Source: Sedimentisphaerales bacterium (GTDB lineage: Bacteria > Planctomycetota > Phycisphaerae > Sedimentisphaerales > Anaerobacaceae). From it: a DNA stretch of 64,000 nt. The position numbers were made by a program, and so were the translations under genes. Shown piece after piece: positions 32,404-43,014 of the stretch; position 1 is the first letter of the stretch, and every line of letters begins with the position of its first letter. Below the pieces are notes generated by a model. It searched no databases. It saw only the letters and a list, made by a program, of their open reading frames with translations, and had not been told where the DNA came from. The stretch lies in contig OY970194.1 of assembly GCA_963708075.1 (NCBI GenBank), positions 6,688,001 to 6,752,000 of the forward strand, in the 5' to 3' direction.

Positions 32404-33968
32404 GAATCATGCACTGTTCATATCCGGGTGGCAGCGGCAAGGCCGAAGGCTTTGCCGATGGCGAACGGGCAAACCATCGGCAAGCCGCGCTTGCCGCTGC
32501 CACCCGGCTGCCAGTATATCATTCCCGCGAAGGCGGGAATCCAGCCACCCATCGGATGATTCTGGACCCCCGTCCCCGATCAGGTCGAGGACAGGCTCTG
32601 CGCAGGGGTGACATGTCCACAGGCATTCTACCGCGAGCTTTTCTGCTTCTCGTCCTCACGGCAGCGGCGTACGGCAAGATCGATCTGGTGACCCTGCCGC
32701 CACGCGATGCGGTGCAGGTGACGATCTACAACTCCGCCGACCTGACGCTCGTGCGGGAGAACCGGGCGCTGACTCTGAAAGAAGGCGCGAATGCTCTGCA
32801 ATTCTCGTGGGAGAACACGCTGATCGATCCCACGAGCCTGGAGATGCTGGCGAAGGGCCGGGCTGATGCGATTGAAATCGCCGAGCTGGACTTCCGCCGC
32901 GCGTGAAGAACCTGGGCCTGTGGAACGTCCGCAGCGAGATCAGCGGCAAGGTCCCCGTCGAAATCTCGTATCTCACCAGCGGCTTATCCTGGCGGGCTTT
33001 CTACATGGGCACGCTCTCGCCGGATGAGAAAACGATGCACTTGCAGGCCTACGTTCGCGTGACGAACAACAGCGGCGAGGATTACGAGAACGCCCAGGTC
33101 CGCCTCATCGTCGGCCAGGTCCATATCCTCGATCAGATCGCCGAACTGGCCCGCCGCGAGTACCCCTATGGACGACCCGGCGAGCAGCGTGTGAGACGTG
33201 CGGCCGGCGGGGCTATCAAGAAAGAAATGGAAAGCCTGGAATTGCGCTCCCCGACAACTGCAGACGCGTTCCTTGTCGAACCCAAGCAGGTTGTCAAGGA
33301 GGGGCTCAGCGAATACTTCCTTTACACGATCGAGGGGACTGAGACGATTCCGAACGGCTGGTCGAAGCGGCTCCTGAGCTTCGACGTCGAGGATGTGCCC
33401 GTGGTCAATCTGTACAAGTTTGAAGAGGAGCGGTACGCCGGCGACGTTGTGCGGTTCCTGAGCTTCAAGAACGACGAGGAGCACAAGCTCGGGGCCACGC
33501 CCATCCCGGATGGCACGCTCACGGTCTATCGCCGGGCGGACGCCGAGGGACATCTGTCCCACGTGGGCGCACTCGTCCTTCAAATATATCCCCGTCAATG
33601 AGGACGTGGAGCTGGACCTCGGGCCGGTCTCGGATATCGTCGTCGAGCCCACGCTGATGGATTTCAGGACGGGCAACTACCGGATGGACAACAATGGCGA
33701 CGTCGCGGGCTGGGACGAAATCAGCACGTTCGAGGTCAAAGTGAAGAACACCCGCGAGATTCCCGCGAAGGTGGAAATCCGGCGCAACTTCGACACGTCG
33801 TACTGGACGATTCAGCAATCCGGCGAGTTCGGCCGGTTCGAGAAGGTCGATGTGGACACAGTCAAATTCACGCTAACCCCGGCGCCAAGATCGGCGCAGA
33901 ATTTCCAATACACCCTGACCACGTACCAGGGTACGCGAGCACAAGATTGGACGCCGCCCACCAAGTGA
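32400..33968 (+). CDS. Secreted DUF4139-like protein (frameshifts near 32895 and 33570; alternative start at 32613)
   Basis: ATGA coupling with the upstream stop; KIDLVTLPPRDAVQVTIYNSADLTLVRE; closely paralogous to 31027..32403. Confidence 0.75.
32426..32613. repeat. Tandem family B (32426-32505) and family C (~32517-32613) palindromes
   Basis: Match 18944-19023 and 30883-30948 respectively; the reading frame from ATG 32400 stays open across both. Confidence 0.8.
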
Positions 33969-33979
33969 CGTACGGGTCC

Positions 33980-34942
33980 TTACGGCACAGGCGGTGCGGC
34001 CGGTGGAATCGCCTGTGACGCAAAGGCAAACGCGTTGAATTCGGGTCCGTATTGTGCCAGGTAGAACAGCGAATAGGATCGCTGGAATACATAGATCGGC
34101 AGCATGAGCACCGTGCCGACGAAGGGGATCGCCAGCAGACAGCACGCGCAGCCGCAGGTCAGGCACATCGTTGCGATCACGATACTGCCGATGGCGATAC
34201 TGATAATGATCTGGAACAGGATGTAGAGGACGAACCGGCCTTTGTTGAATCCGAGGATATCCAGCAGGATTCGCCATGCGGCAACGGCGCTGGGCGTCCG
34301 CAGGTACATGATCGGCACGACGAAATCCCGCGTGAATTTCCCAATAATGGCCGCAACAATCATGGCCACGACAAAGAGCAGGGCGCATCCGGTCATCACG
34401 GAAACCGTGACAGCGTTGAGGCCGGAGCCATCTCGGGCCATGAAGAACGCCGCAACGCCAAGGCCGATGAATGTGAGCGTCACCAGAGACACGATGATCC
34501 CAAACACGATCTGGAAGGCGAACAGGCTGTTGCCGTGTCTGCGGAACTGGTGCCAGGGGTTCTTGACTTCTGCCTTGTTCTGGGCCACGCAGTAAAGGAA
34601 CATGAACTGGCCCCGGCTCTTCAGCCATGTAATGACCAGGATGAAGGCGATGACGGCAACCACGATGATAACCGCGACGGGGATAATCCAGTACATGTTG
34701 GCCGTCAGCCACTCTCTCGCCTGATCCATGCTTTGCTGGACGCCCGGGTGCCCGCGGCCGGAGCTATCCGGCATGCCGCCGCTACCACCGCCGCCGCCTT
34801 CAAACATGTGAGTCAGCCAGGCGCAGAAGCCGATGACGATCCACCGCTCCAGGCTGAAGGGGCGGAACAGGATCATCTTCACTCGCTCGATAGCCGGGCC
34901 GATGGGATCGACCACGCTCACGTAAGGCGCTCGCGACATCAT
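33980..34942 (-). CDS. Multi-pass membrane protein of unknown function
   Basis: Several TM segments, Gly-rich linker, Cys-rich TM stretch CLTCGCACCLL. Confidence 0.75.
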   Translation of the reverse strand: MMSRAPYVSVVDPIGPAIERVKMILFRPFSLERWIVIGFCAWLTHMFEGGGGGSGGMPDSSGRGHPGVQQSMDQAREWLTANMYWIIPVAVIIVVAVIAFILVITWLKSRGQFMFLYCVAQNKAEVKNPWHQFRRHGNSLFAFQIVFGIIVSLVTLTFIGLGVAAFFMARDGSGLNAVTVSVMTGCALLFVVAMIVAAIIGKFTRDFVVPIMYLRTPSAVAAWRILLDILGFNKGRFVLYILFQIIISIAIGSIVIATMCLTCGCACCLLAIPFVGTVLMLPIYVFQRSYSLFYLAQYGPEFNAFAFASQAIPPAAPPVP

Positions 34943-35404
34943 ATGATCAGTCCTTCAAGGTACAGAAACCAGTTGCACGCGATCGCGGCACAGAGGAGAG
35001 CCGCGAGACCGCAATGCGCTTTCACTACTCTGCGATCGATTGTCCCCGGCTGGACGGTCAGGGCGTACAGCCGGTACGGAATCTGGAGGCAGAAGAACGC
35101 GAACAGAAAAGGCCCGAGGCGATGGAATCCGAGGCTCGCCCAGACGTCTCCGTGCGCCAGCGAGCAGAATGATCGTGACATCCCGCACAGGGCGCACTGG
35201 ACGCCGAGGGTCTTGTGAAGCCAGCAGTGGAAGGGCCAGCGAAAGCCCTTCCTCTTGCGACTGCAGGAGGAACGACGCGGCCAGGACCCCCGCACACATC
35301 AGTAGCACGATCAGGTGGTACTCTCTTTGATTCGCGTGGGTGTTCTCACCCGCCGCCGAGCGGGCCTGACATGGCCAACAGGTTGTATCGCTTGTTCGGG
35401 GCAC
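34939..35404 (-). CDS. DUF2752-like membrane protein (frameshift near 35235)
   Basis: CWLHKTLGVQCALCGMSRSF..LAHGD..ASLGFH.LG motif; N-terminal part lies in ORF 34955..35404. Confidence 0.7.
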
Positions 35405-35416
35405 ATCGACTCCGAG

Positions 35417-35686
35417 CTATGCCGGCACTGTGCCGAATTGCTGTCTCAGTTGACGCAATTCCCTGTGGATCGGCCAGTCCGCAAAGGCCAGGTAGAACAG
35501 CATGACGACATTCGCGACGGGAACCAGCATCAACAGACCCAGGGCCCAACTGAAGCCCGCCTTGGAAAAGACTTTGCAGTACACCAGCGCCACGATGATG
35601 CTGATCACCAAGGATACAAGAACCGAAATAGCCACAAAGACGAATACAAACGTTGCGGCAAGTTCGGTAGAAGCCTGCGGTTCCAT
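35417..35686 (-). CDS. Small membrane protein (DUF805-like)
   Basis: CKVFSKAGFSWALGLLMLVPVANVVMLFYLAFADWP. Confidence 0.7.
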   Translation of the reverse strand: MEPQASTELAATFVFVFVAISVLVSLVISIIVALVYCKVFSKAGFSWALGLLMLVPVANVVMLFYLAFADWPIHRELRQLRQQFGTVPA

Positions 35687-35825
35687 CTCGCTGCCTTTCC
35701 AAAACAATGATTCTCTATGCCCCAGCAGCCTGCACAGATACAGACGCCTTCAGAGTATATTTCATCACGCCGGGGACACAAGGAAAATCCCGCTACGGAT
35801 CTCTGTGAATGCTCTTGGTAAGGCT

Positions 35826-35917
35826 GGGTGGCAGCGGCAAGCGCAAGCTTGCCGATGGCTGTCAACACTCGCAGCACCATCGGCAAGCTCCGCAGGCTCC
35901 GCTTGCCGCTGCCACCC
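35826..35917. repeat. Family B palindrome
   Basis: GGGTGGCAGCGGCAAG...CTTGCCGCTGCCACCC. Confidence 0.8.
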
Positions 35918-35969
35918 AGCGTGCGTTCTTGTTTGGCACTCTGCTCCTGGGCGAGCGGGGACGCTCGCC

Positions 35970-38270
35970 CTACGGGAGGCTCTGGATCACCGCAATCGCC
36001 CGGGCCACGCGGTCGCGATGCTGCTCGATGGGGGCCGGGGCCTTCGTGAAAGTTGTCATATCCTTGGTGATGTCCGCGGGGACATCGAGCAGGGCGGCGA
36101 ATTCCTTCTTCTGAGCGGCGCCGAGCGAATCGGCTTTGACTTCGAGCAATCGCTGCAGCGTCGCCAGGTACTCGTAGTCCTCGATGCCGTCGCGGAGCAT
36201 TTCCCAGCGGATGCTGTCCACGGGGCCCTCAAGGACCGGCTCGCCTGGGTGTGCGTCGGCGGCCGCGAGAGGCGGATAGATGAATCGCCCGTCGCCGTTG
36301 CCCCATTGTCGCTTCTCGCCCTTGGGCGTGCTGTAACCGGACACCCAGCCCATGGGGTCCTCGTACGGATTCTGCGGATGGTCCGGCTCGGGGTACGCGG
36401 CGGAGCTGGTCCAGTAGTTCGTCTCCCAGACGAGGATTCCCGCGATCTTCCGCTGCCACGTCTGCCAGAGCCACACGCGAAGCTCCGTCGCCGGGTGGTC
36501 GATGAACAGCGTGCAGTAGGGGGCCTTCGGGCCGGTGCACACGTACCACCAGAATTTCTCGCCCTGGGTCCGCCTCTGCTCCGCGGGCTCGGGCCTGTAC
36601 TGGTCGGAGATGGCGCACCAGATGTTCGGCCCGCCGATCAGCGCCGGTTCGACCTGTTCAGTGAGCATGCGGCTGATGTCAGGGGCGGCCGCCTTGAGCT
36701 TCGCGAAACCGTTGCTGACGAACGCGTAGTCCTTCGGGTCCGGCTCGTCGAACCAGTAGACGAACGCCTCATCGAGCCAGCCCCGGGTCCGCAGGTGTTC
36801 CTGGACCTGGGAGCAGTAGCTGTGGAAGAGCGTTTTGTAGTGGGGCGTGTTCTCGCCGAAGCCGAGCAGCTCGGGCTCGTTGCGGGAGTGGAAGGTCCCG
36901 CCGCCCATGCCGGGGATGTCCAGCCGGAACGAGTTGAAGTGATAGTGGTCAATTCCTCGCTCCATGGCCTTGTCCCAGGCGGTGAAGTCGAGCTTCACCT
37001 GGAGTTTCTCTCGCTCGACCTGCGGCAGCTCCAGCGGCTCGAACCCGCCGCCCTCGATCAGCTCCTTGCCCGTCGCCGCGTCAGCCAACGATACATCGTC
37101 GAACCACATGAGACCTGTGTGCTCGCCGCTCTCGGTCCAGCTCGCCGCCCGTAAGCGAAGCTGAGCGGATTTGGCGCCATTGGGGAACTTGCGGATGGTA
37201 CGGTCGAACTCCTGCCATTGGCCATTGCCCTCCAGGCCGATGTCATTGTTACCGCCGGAGATCCACTTGCCCGAGGCATCGTGGTGATTCAACGTCACAA
37301 GGAACACCTGCCCGGGAATCGCCGTGCGGTACCAGAATCGCAGTCGCAGGCCGCCCTGCGGAATCTCCACCAAGGGCTCGTAGGATGCCTCCACGTTCAG
37401 GTCGCTGCGGTCATCGAACACGAGCAGGGCACGCTCGCCACTATGCTTCTCGTTTGTGACCTCCTGCCCGCCTTGCCATTTGCGCTTCGGCGGCTTGATG
37501 TCCGGCCATGCCGCCCGTATATCATCGAGCGGCGCGGGATCATACGGAGAGATATGATGCGCTCCAAAACTCGCCCAGTACTTGTCTATTACCTCTCGCC
37601 TCTGCTGCGGTTGGGAGATCTTCTGGTAGCGAAAGACGTTGCCCGGGCTGAAGCCGAAGGCGCTCGTGCACGTCATGCGGTCGGGCAGGACGAAATCATA
37701 CACCTCTACACGGATCGGCACGGCCGTACTGAACCCCTCCGCCGCCAGGTTGATCTTGCCCTCATACACGCCGGCCTTCGCATCGCGCGGCACCTTCACG
37801 CGAATCCAGAACGGCTGATTCTTCCCTGCCTCCAGGTCCATGGCCCCCTTCAATGGCGGCAGGGGATCAGGCCAATACCCCGCCACGGCACTGCGATCCG
37901 TCGGCCGCGTGGCATTGACATACCGCACCTCGAGCACTTCGATATTCGACGCAGCTATCGTCGCCCCCGCCGGCCCCGCCAGCGTCCCCGCCTTGATGGT
38001 CAGCCCCTTCACAGCCGCCGCCGGCCGAACCACCAATTGCACCGCCTCCACCTCATTCTTCGCCGTGCGGACTGTGATCGCCTCGCCTTTCTCGCTCGGC
38101 AGCCCCTTGTCACGCCCTACCTTCCACCCCGACGACGCCCACCACAGCCCGATGGCTTCCCGTGACTGTGGCAACGACTGCCCATATTCGGTGAGGGAGG
38201 ATTCGTCCGCACTCGCATGAACGACGGCAAGAGCCACAACCATAAGCAAGACAACACCGTTTCTGCCCAT
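35970..38270 (-). CDS. Secreted GH123/DUF4091-like glycoside hydrolase with an inserted carbohydrate-binding-like domain
   Basis: AKNEVEAVQLVV, YWPDPL, NQPFWIRVKVP, YWFDEP, WWYVC, GDGRFIYP, SIRWEMLRDGIEDYEY. Confidence 0.8.
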   Translation of the reverse strand: MGRNGVVLLMVVALAVVHASADESSLTEYGQSLPQSREAIGLWWASSGWKVGRDKGLPSEKGEAITVRTAKNEVEAVQLVVRPAAAVKGLTIKAGTLAGPAGATIAASNIEVLEVRYVNATRPTDRSAVAGYWPDPLPPLKGAMDLEAGKNQPFWIRVKVPRDAKAGVYEGKINLAAEGFSTAVPIRVEVYDFVLPDRMTCTSAFGFSPGNVFRYQKISQPQQRREVIDKYWASFGAHHISPYDPAPLDDIRAAWPDIKPPKRKWQGGQEVTNEKHSGERALLVFDDRSDLNVEASYEPLVEIPQGGLRLRFWYRTAIPGQVFLVTLNHHDASGKWISGGNNDIGLEGNGQWQEFDRTIRKFPNGAKSAQLRLRAASWTESGEHTGLMWFDDVSLADAATGKELIEGGGFEPLELPQVEREKLQVKLDFTAWDKAMERGIDHYHFNSFRLDIPGMGGGTFHSRNEPELLGFGENTPHYKTLFHSYCSQVQEHLRTRGWLDEAFVYWFDEPDPKDYAFVSNGFAKLKAAAPDISRMLTEQVEPALIGGPNIWCAISDQYRPEPAEQRRTQGEKFWWYVCTGPKAPYCTLFIDHPATELRVWLWQTWQRKIAGILVWETNYWTSSAAYPEPDHPQNPYEDPMGWVSGYSTPKGEKRQWGNGDGRFIYPPLAAADAHPGEPVLEGPVDSIRWEMLRDGIEDYEYLATLQRLLEVKADSLGAAQKKEFAALLDVPADITKDMTTFTKAPAPIEQHRDRVARAIAVIQSLP

Positions 38271-38700
38271 ATCTGGACCTCCCAAACCCGGCCTTTTTCG
38301 AATTCCCTGGCTGATGATTGTCCGGCGGAAGGGCCGATCCGTCAAGAAAATGGCATGCCGAACCCCGAGAATTCGCGTCTGCATCTATTGACTTCATGAG
38401 CGGGAGCGGTTAGGATTATCGTATAGAGTTGGACCGAAATCCTAAGGTTGGACGTGACGTCTGGAGGTTGGGTCCTGTGGATGTGAGGGCAGTGGATGAG
38501 ACTTCTGGCGGGATGACTGTGTCCCCATCCACCCATCGCATACATACACGACTACTCTCCAGCCACGCGCCGCCTGAACTGCCATAGCATCTGTTCCAGC
38601 CCGTGTTTGGTGGGCGTGTGCCCGGCTGGGACAAGCAGCATTCGGGCGAATGAAATGGTGATGAGAACAGCTCACGTCATTATGCGAGGAGGTACGAGTC

Positions 38701-40122
38701 ATGCTGATGAGCAAGAAGACCAGGTGGACCTGTTGCATCGCAATCATGGGACTTATCGTCTCACAGGGATTCGCGGCCACGCTCCACGTGAACCCCAGCG
38801 ACACAACGGCTTTCAAGAGCATCCAGAAGGCCATTGACAGTGCGAAGGCGTTCGACACCATTATTGTCCATGCGGGGGTCTACAAGGAGAACATCAGTTA
38901 CAAAGGCAAACCGATTACGATCATGAGCGTTGACCCGAACGATCCTAACGTGGTCGCGAATACCATCATCGATGGCAATGGGGCGAACGCTGTCCTGTTC
39001 CAGAACGCAGAGACAGATCGTTCCGTTCTCCGCGGCCTGTCCGTGAAGAACGGCAAGAATGGAATCGACTGCGTTGCTGATAGTCGGCCCTCGATCACAC
39101 AATGCGTGATCTATGCCAATAGCGCCTCCGGCATCTACTCCGGATCTGCAACCATCAAGCAGTGCCAGATCCACAGCAATGGCGATCATGGAATCACCTC
39201 CTGCACAGGAGTGATCCGCGAGTGTACGATCAGCGAGAACCATGGCCATGGTCTTTCCAGCTTTGGAGGGAAGATAGAGGATTCGGCCGTCATCAAGAAC
39301 AGCGGCTTTGGCGTATATTCTCACCAGGGTTCCGCGACAATTACCAGGTGCACGGTGTCCGGGAATGGCGGCTATGGAATCTACTGGCTGAATACCGGCA
39401 CCACGGGCGAGGTGAAGAACTCGATCCTCTCGAAGAACGGCAACCCCGGCATCTACGTGAACGGAGCCTCTGTCGCCGTCACGAACTGTACAGTGGTCGG
39501 AAACACTCTGGCCGGTGTACAGGTCCATGGGGGTGCAAAGACGGCGGTGACGAACAACATCATCGCGTGGAACCAGGGACATGGTATCACGGGGACTTCG
39601 CCGGCGGCATCCCTGACGACATCGAGGTACAATGATGTTTTCGCCAATCAGGTGGCCAACTACGGTGGAGGGGTTGTCCCCGGCCAAGGCGATATGCGTG
39701 AGCACCCCTGGTTTGCCGTGAATGGCTACTGGGATACAGATGGCTGGCATGAGGGTGACTATCACCTGTCGTCGACGGCAGGTCGGTGGGACCCCGTGGC
39801 CAAGGTATGGGTGGACGACCCTGTTGATAGTCCCTGCATCGACAAGGGCGACCCCAACACCCCGGCTGGGGATGAGCCTTATCCGAATGGCGACCGAATC
39901 AATCTCGGCGCTTATGGCGGCACGGCAGAGGCGAGCCTGTCGGTAAGTAAACCAGAGTGCGTTGAGTACCCGGAGATGGATTTCAACCAGGACTGTAAGG
40001 TCGATCAGGCCGATCTGGATATATTCATGCAGCAGTGGCTCGAATGTGGTATGGACGATCCCAACGCCTGCTGGCCGGATGAGCCTCCGGCCGAGCCGCC
40101 AGTGTTACCTGTGCTGCCTTGA
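38701..40122 (+). CDS. Secreted right-handed parallel beta-helix protein with C-terminal dockerin-like motif
   Basis: SIQKAID, GVYKENI, repeated C.I..N..G turns, DYHL...SPCIDKGDP, RINLGAYGGT, DFNQDCKVDQADL. Confidence 0.85.
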   Translation: MLMSKKTRWTCCIAIMGLIVSQGFAATLHVNPSDTTAFKSIQKAIDSAKAFDTIIVHAGVYKENISYKGKPITIMSVDPNDPNVVANTIIDGNGANAVLFQNAETDRSVLRGLSVKNGKNGIDCVADSRPSITQCVIYANSASGIYSGSATIKQCQIHSNGDHGITSCTGVIRECTISENHGHGLSSFGGKIEDSAVIKNSGFGVYSHQGSATITRCTVSGNGGYGIYWLNTGTTGEVKNSILSKNGNPGIYVNGASVAVTNCTVVGNTLAGVQVHGGAKTAVTNNIIAWNQGHGITGTSPAASLTTSRYNDVFANQVANYGGGVVPGQGDMREHPWFAVNGYWDTDGWHEGDYHLSSTAGRWDPVAKVWVDDPVDSPCIDKGDPNTPAGDEPYPNGDRINLGAYGGTAEASLSVSKPECVEYPEMDFNQDCKVDQADLDIFMQQWLECGMDDPNACWPDEPPAEPPVLPVLP

Positions 40123-40223
40123 TTCCGACCATGCCTGGTGCCGGAAGCTTCCGGCGAGCGTGCTGTCTGGACGCAACACCGGACGAGTCATGGCACACTC
40201 TTCTGATTTTGGGCGCGTGAGGC

Positions 40224-40907
40224 TCAAGCCTCTTGATTCCAAGCGACGTCGATCGTGTGCGAAAGCTTGTCGAGGGGGCAGGGGGCGCAGCGGGGGTTGG
40301 GCTTGCAGTAGTCTTTGCCGGTCATGACGAGCAGGGCGTGGAACTCGTTGAAGAGAGCCACGTTGGGCTCCAGGTTGGACATGAACAGGTCCTGCAGTTG
40401 GGTATAGTCAAGTCCTTCCGGGCTGATCAGGCCGTGGCGGACCATCACGCGGGCGGTGTAGGTATCCACGACGAAGACGGGGCGGTGGAACGCGTAGAGC
40501 AGGATCGAGTCGGCCGTCTCGGGGCCGATGCCGGAGATGCTGAGCAGCTCGTCGCGCAGACGCAGGGTGCTGACCGGTTCGAGGTTCTGCAGGTCGCCAT
40601 CGTACCCATCGCATAGCCAGTTGATGAAGTTCTTGAGGCGCTTGGCTTTCACACGGAAGTAGCCGGCGGGGCGGATCAGCTTCTCAAGCTCGGCCGTGTC
40701 GATCTCGTGCAGCCTGGCGGCATCAAGGCATCCGGCCGCTTTCAGATTCGCGATCGCCTTCTCGACGTTGGCCCAACTCGTATTCTGCGTCAGGATCGCT
40801 CCGACGGCGACCTCGAAGGGCGTCTCGCCCGGCCACCAATGCTGCGGGCCGAAGAAATCCAACAGCGTCCGGTAGATCTCAAGCAACTGTTCCCGCGTCG
40901 TGCTCAT
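40224..40907 (-). CDS. Endonuclease III-like HhH-GPD protein
   Basis: GPQHWWP, GAILTQNTSWANV, LLSISGIGPETADSILLY, VVDTY, C..C..C cluster. Confidence 0.9.
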   Translation of the reverse strand: MSTTREQLLEIYRTLLDFFGPQHWWPGETPFEVAVGAILTQNTSWANVEKAIANLKAAGCLDAARLHEIDTAELEKLIRPAGYFRVKAKRLKNFINWLCDGYDGDLQNLEPVSTLRLRDELLSISGIGPETADSILLYAFHRPVFVVDTYTARVMVRHGLISPEGLDYTQLQDLFMSNLEPNVALFNEFHALLVMTGKDYCKPNPRCAPCPLDKLSHTIDVAWNQEA

Positions 40908-41012
40908 GCTCTTGTAATCTCAATTCATGTTCAGTACACTCTGGGCACTCCGGCGGCAAATGGATTTCCGCCGGCACTGTGCAACAGACGACCCGAAAGG
41001 TGGTATCCCTGG

Positions 41013-41941
41013 ATGGCCGGCCGAAAGAACGGAAAGCTCGGTTTCACGACAAGCCAACTGTTCAACTTCACTCGGGACTCCTACCTGGAGCGGACGAGCC
41101 GGCCGATGTACGCCATCGCCTTCCTGCTGCCGTTCATTCTCTTCTACGAGATCGGCACCATTTTGATCAATACCGATATTTTGAACCGCACGCAAGTGCG
41201 AGTCGTGGCATTCGTATGGCTGCAGGATCTTTTGCTGTACCTCGGGACCGGCAACAAGCTCGCCTGGCTCGCTCCGCCGCTGGTGGTGGTGGTCATTCTG
41301 CTCGGCCTGCAGATCGCCTCGCGGAAACCCTGGTGGTTTTGCCTCAGCGACTACACACCGATGGTGCTCGAATGCACCTTGCTGGCGGTGCCTCTGATCG
41401 TTCTGAGCCTGTTCTTCAACAGCCCGGTCGCTCGCCCTGCAGAGGGCGCCCTGTTGCCTCATTCGGCGGCGATCCAGCCGTGCGCGGTTTCCGTGGCGGA
41501 GCAGCCGCCGCTCCCGACGAGCCAGTGCCGGCTTCAGCACCCCCAGCCCCCGGCGAGCCGGTGCATCAGTCTCTGATGGCCGATGTTGTGACCGGCGTTG
41601 GGGCGGGCATTTACGAGGAACTGGTCTTTCGGCTGATCCTGATCTGCGCCCTGATGGTGCTCCTTCAGGACGTCATCGGGATCGACCATAAGAACGCCGT
41701 CATTTTATCGGTACTGATCTCGGCAGCCCTGTTCAGCGCCCACCACCATCATATCGCCTTCATCAACGGCCAGCTCGGGCGGGGGGCTCCCTTCAGTTGG
41801 ACGGAGTTTGTGTTTCGCACGACGGCGGGGGTGTATTTTGCGGCCCTGTTCGCCATCCGCGGCTTCGGAATCGCCGCCGGGACCCACGCTTTCTACGACA
41901 TCATCGCCACTATTATAAACGCTATTTTCTTCCACCCATAA
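41013..41941 (+). CDS. CPBP (CAAX/Abi) family intramembrane glutamic endopeptidase (frameshift near 41530)
   Basis: GAGIYEELVFR, ALFSAHH, RGFGIAAGTHAFYD; multiple TM segments. Confidence 0.82.
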
Positions 41942-42077
41942 TCCCCAGGGATTGCGCGAACTTTTTGTCGCCCGCCAACGAAAATTCTCTATGGCGCTTA
42001 CTCATTGGCACTCCTGAGTTTGCGGAATAATCGTCCCATAAGCGTCCCGAAGGGCCCTATCAGTGCTGATATTGCAC

Positions 42078-42106
42078 TTGAATCGGGCGGCCGGTTGTTG
42101 TATAAT
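42078..42106 (+). promoter_or_regulatory. Sigma70-type promoter
   Basis: TTGAAT-N17-TATAAT. Confidence 0.6.
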
Positions 42107-42145
42107 ACCGGAGAAGATAGAAACGTGTTTTCAGGGTTTCTCGTT

Positions 42146-42692
42146 ATGGAATCGCCGCAAATCAATGTTGCCATCGACCAACTGACGTTCAGTCTGTTCC
42201 AGAGACCGTTGCATCCGGAGCTCTTCCAGATCTACGCCACCCGGCAACTGAAGACCGAGAAGTACGAGGCTCTGATCTGGGTCACCGGTTGCACGCACGT
42301 GGTGAGCATTTTTGCGGGGGACGTGTGCCTGAGCGAGGTGGTCAGCACACCCGGTCAACAGCTTCCGCATCGCGGCCTGGTCGAGCGGTTCCAGTTCCGC
42401 GGGCCCCGCACCCACAAGTGCACACTCAGCCGGGGCGTCAGCTACATGACCGATTTCCAGATCGAGAAGATGAGCCCGAATCTCTATCGGCAAAGTCACA
42501 CGGACCTGGAGCGGTTCGCCCGCAGCCGCGGGCGTGTTCGTGAAGTTCCCCGAGCTCGAAGTGGACAGCCTCCAGCCGTTCTGCTACATCGATTTCGAAG
42601 CGCGACGCAACGAGCTGCACATCCACACCTTCGCCGCCTATCCCGACCAGGTGACGATGGTCAAGACGCAGTCGCTGTTCGACTTCCAGTAA
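42146..42692 (+). CDS. DUF2617-like protein (frameshift near 42530)
   Basis: LFQRPLHPELF; corrected end ELHIHTFAAYPDQVTMVKTQSLFDFQ*. Confidence 0.7.
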
Positions 42693-42806
42693 GACAGGGC
42701 GCGTACGAGTGCCGCATCCCCGAAGTCGTGCGCTTGGAATCACTGCGCCCGGTTACGCCTCGCTCCCGGTGAAGCAACGCTTGCCATGCTGAACGAAGTG
42801 AAACGC

Positions 42807-42882
42807 GGGTGCCATGTCCGTGCTTGCATGGACATGTTGGTCCGGTGGTGAACATGCTTACGCGAGCGTAAGCATGGCACCC
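42807..42882. repeat. Family D palindrome
   Basis: GGGTGCCATG...CATGCTTACGCGAGCGTAAGCATGGCACCC; inverted relative of 2039-2116. Confidence 0.8.
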
Positions 42883-43014
42883 AGACTTGTAGCCGGTTTT
42901 CTTCCCGACACCAGCCGCGCAGCGGCCCAGCGACTCGCAGGGACAGAAACGCAGCGTCGAAGGCAACGACGGGCGAGGCAATCTTGGCCGCAGGATTTCT
43001 GAGAAGCGGTACTG

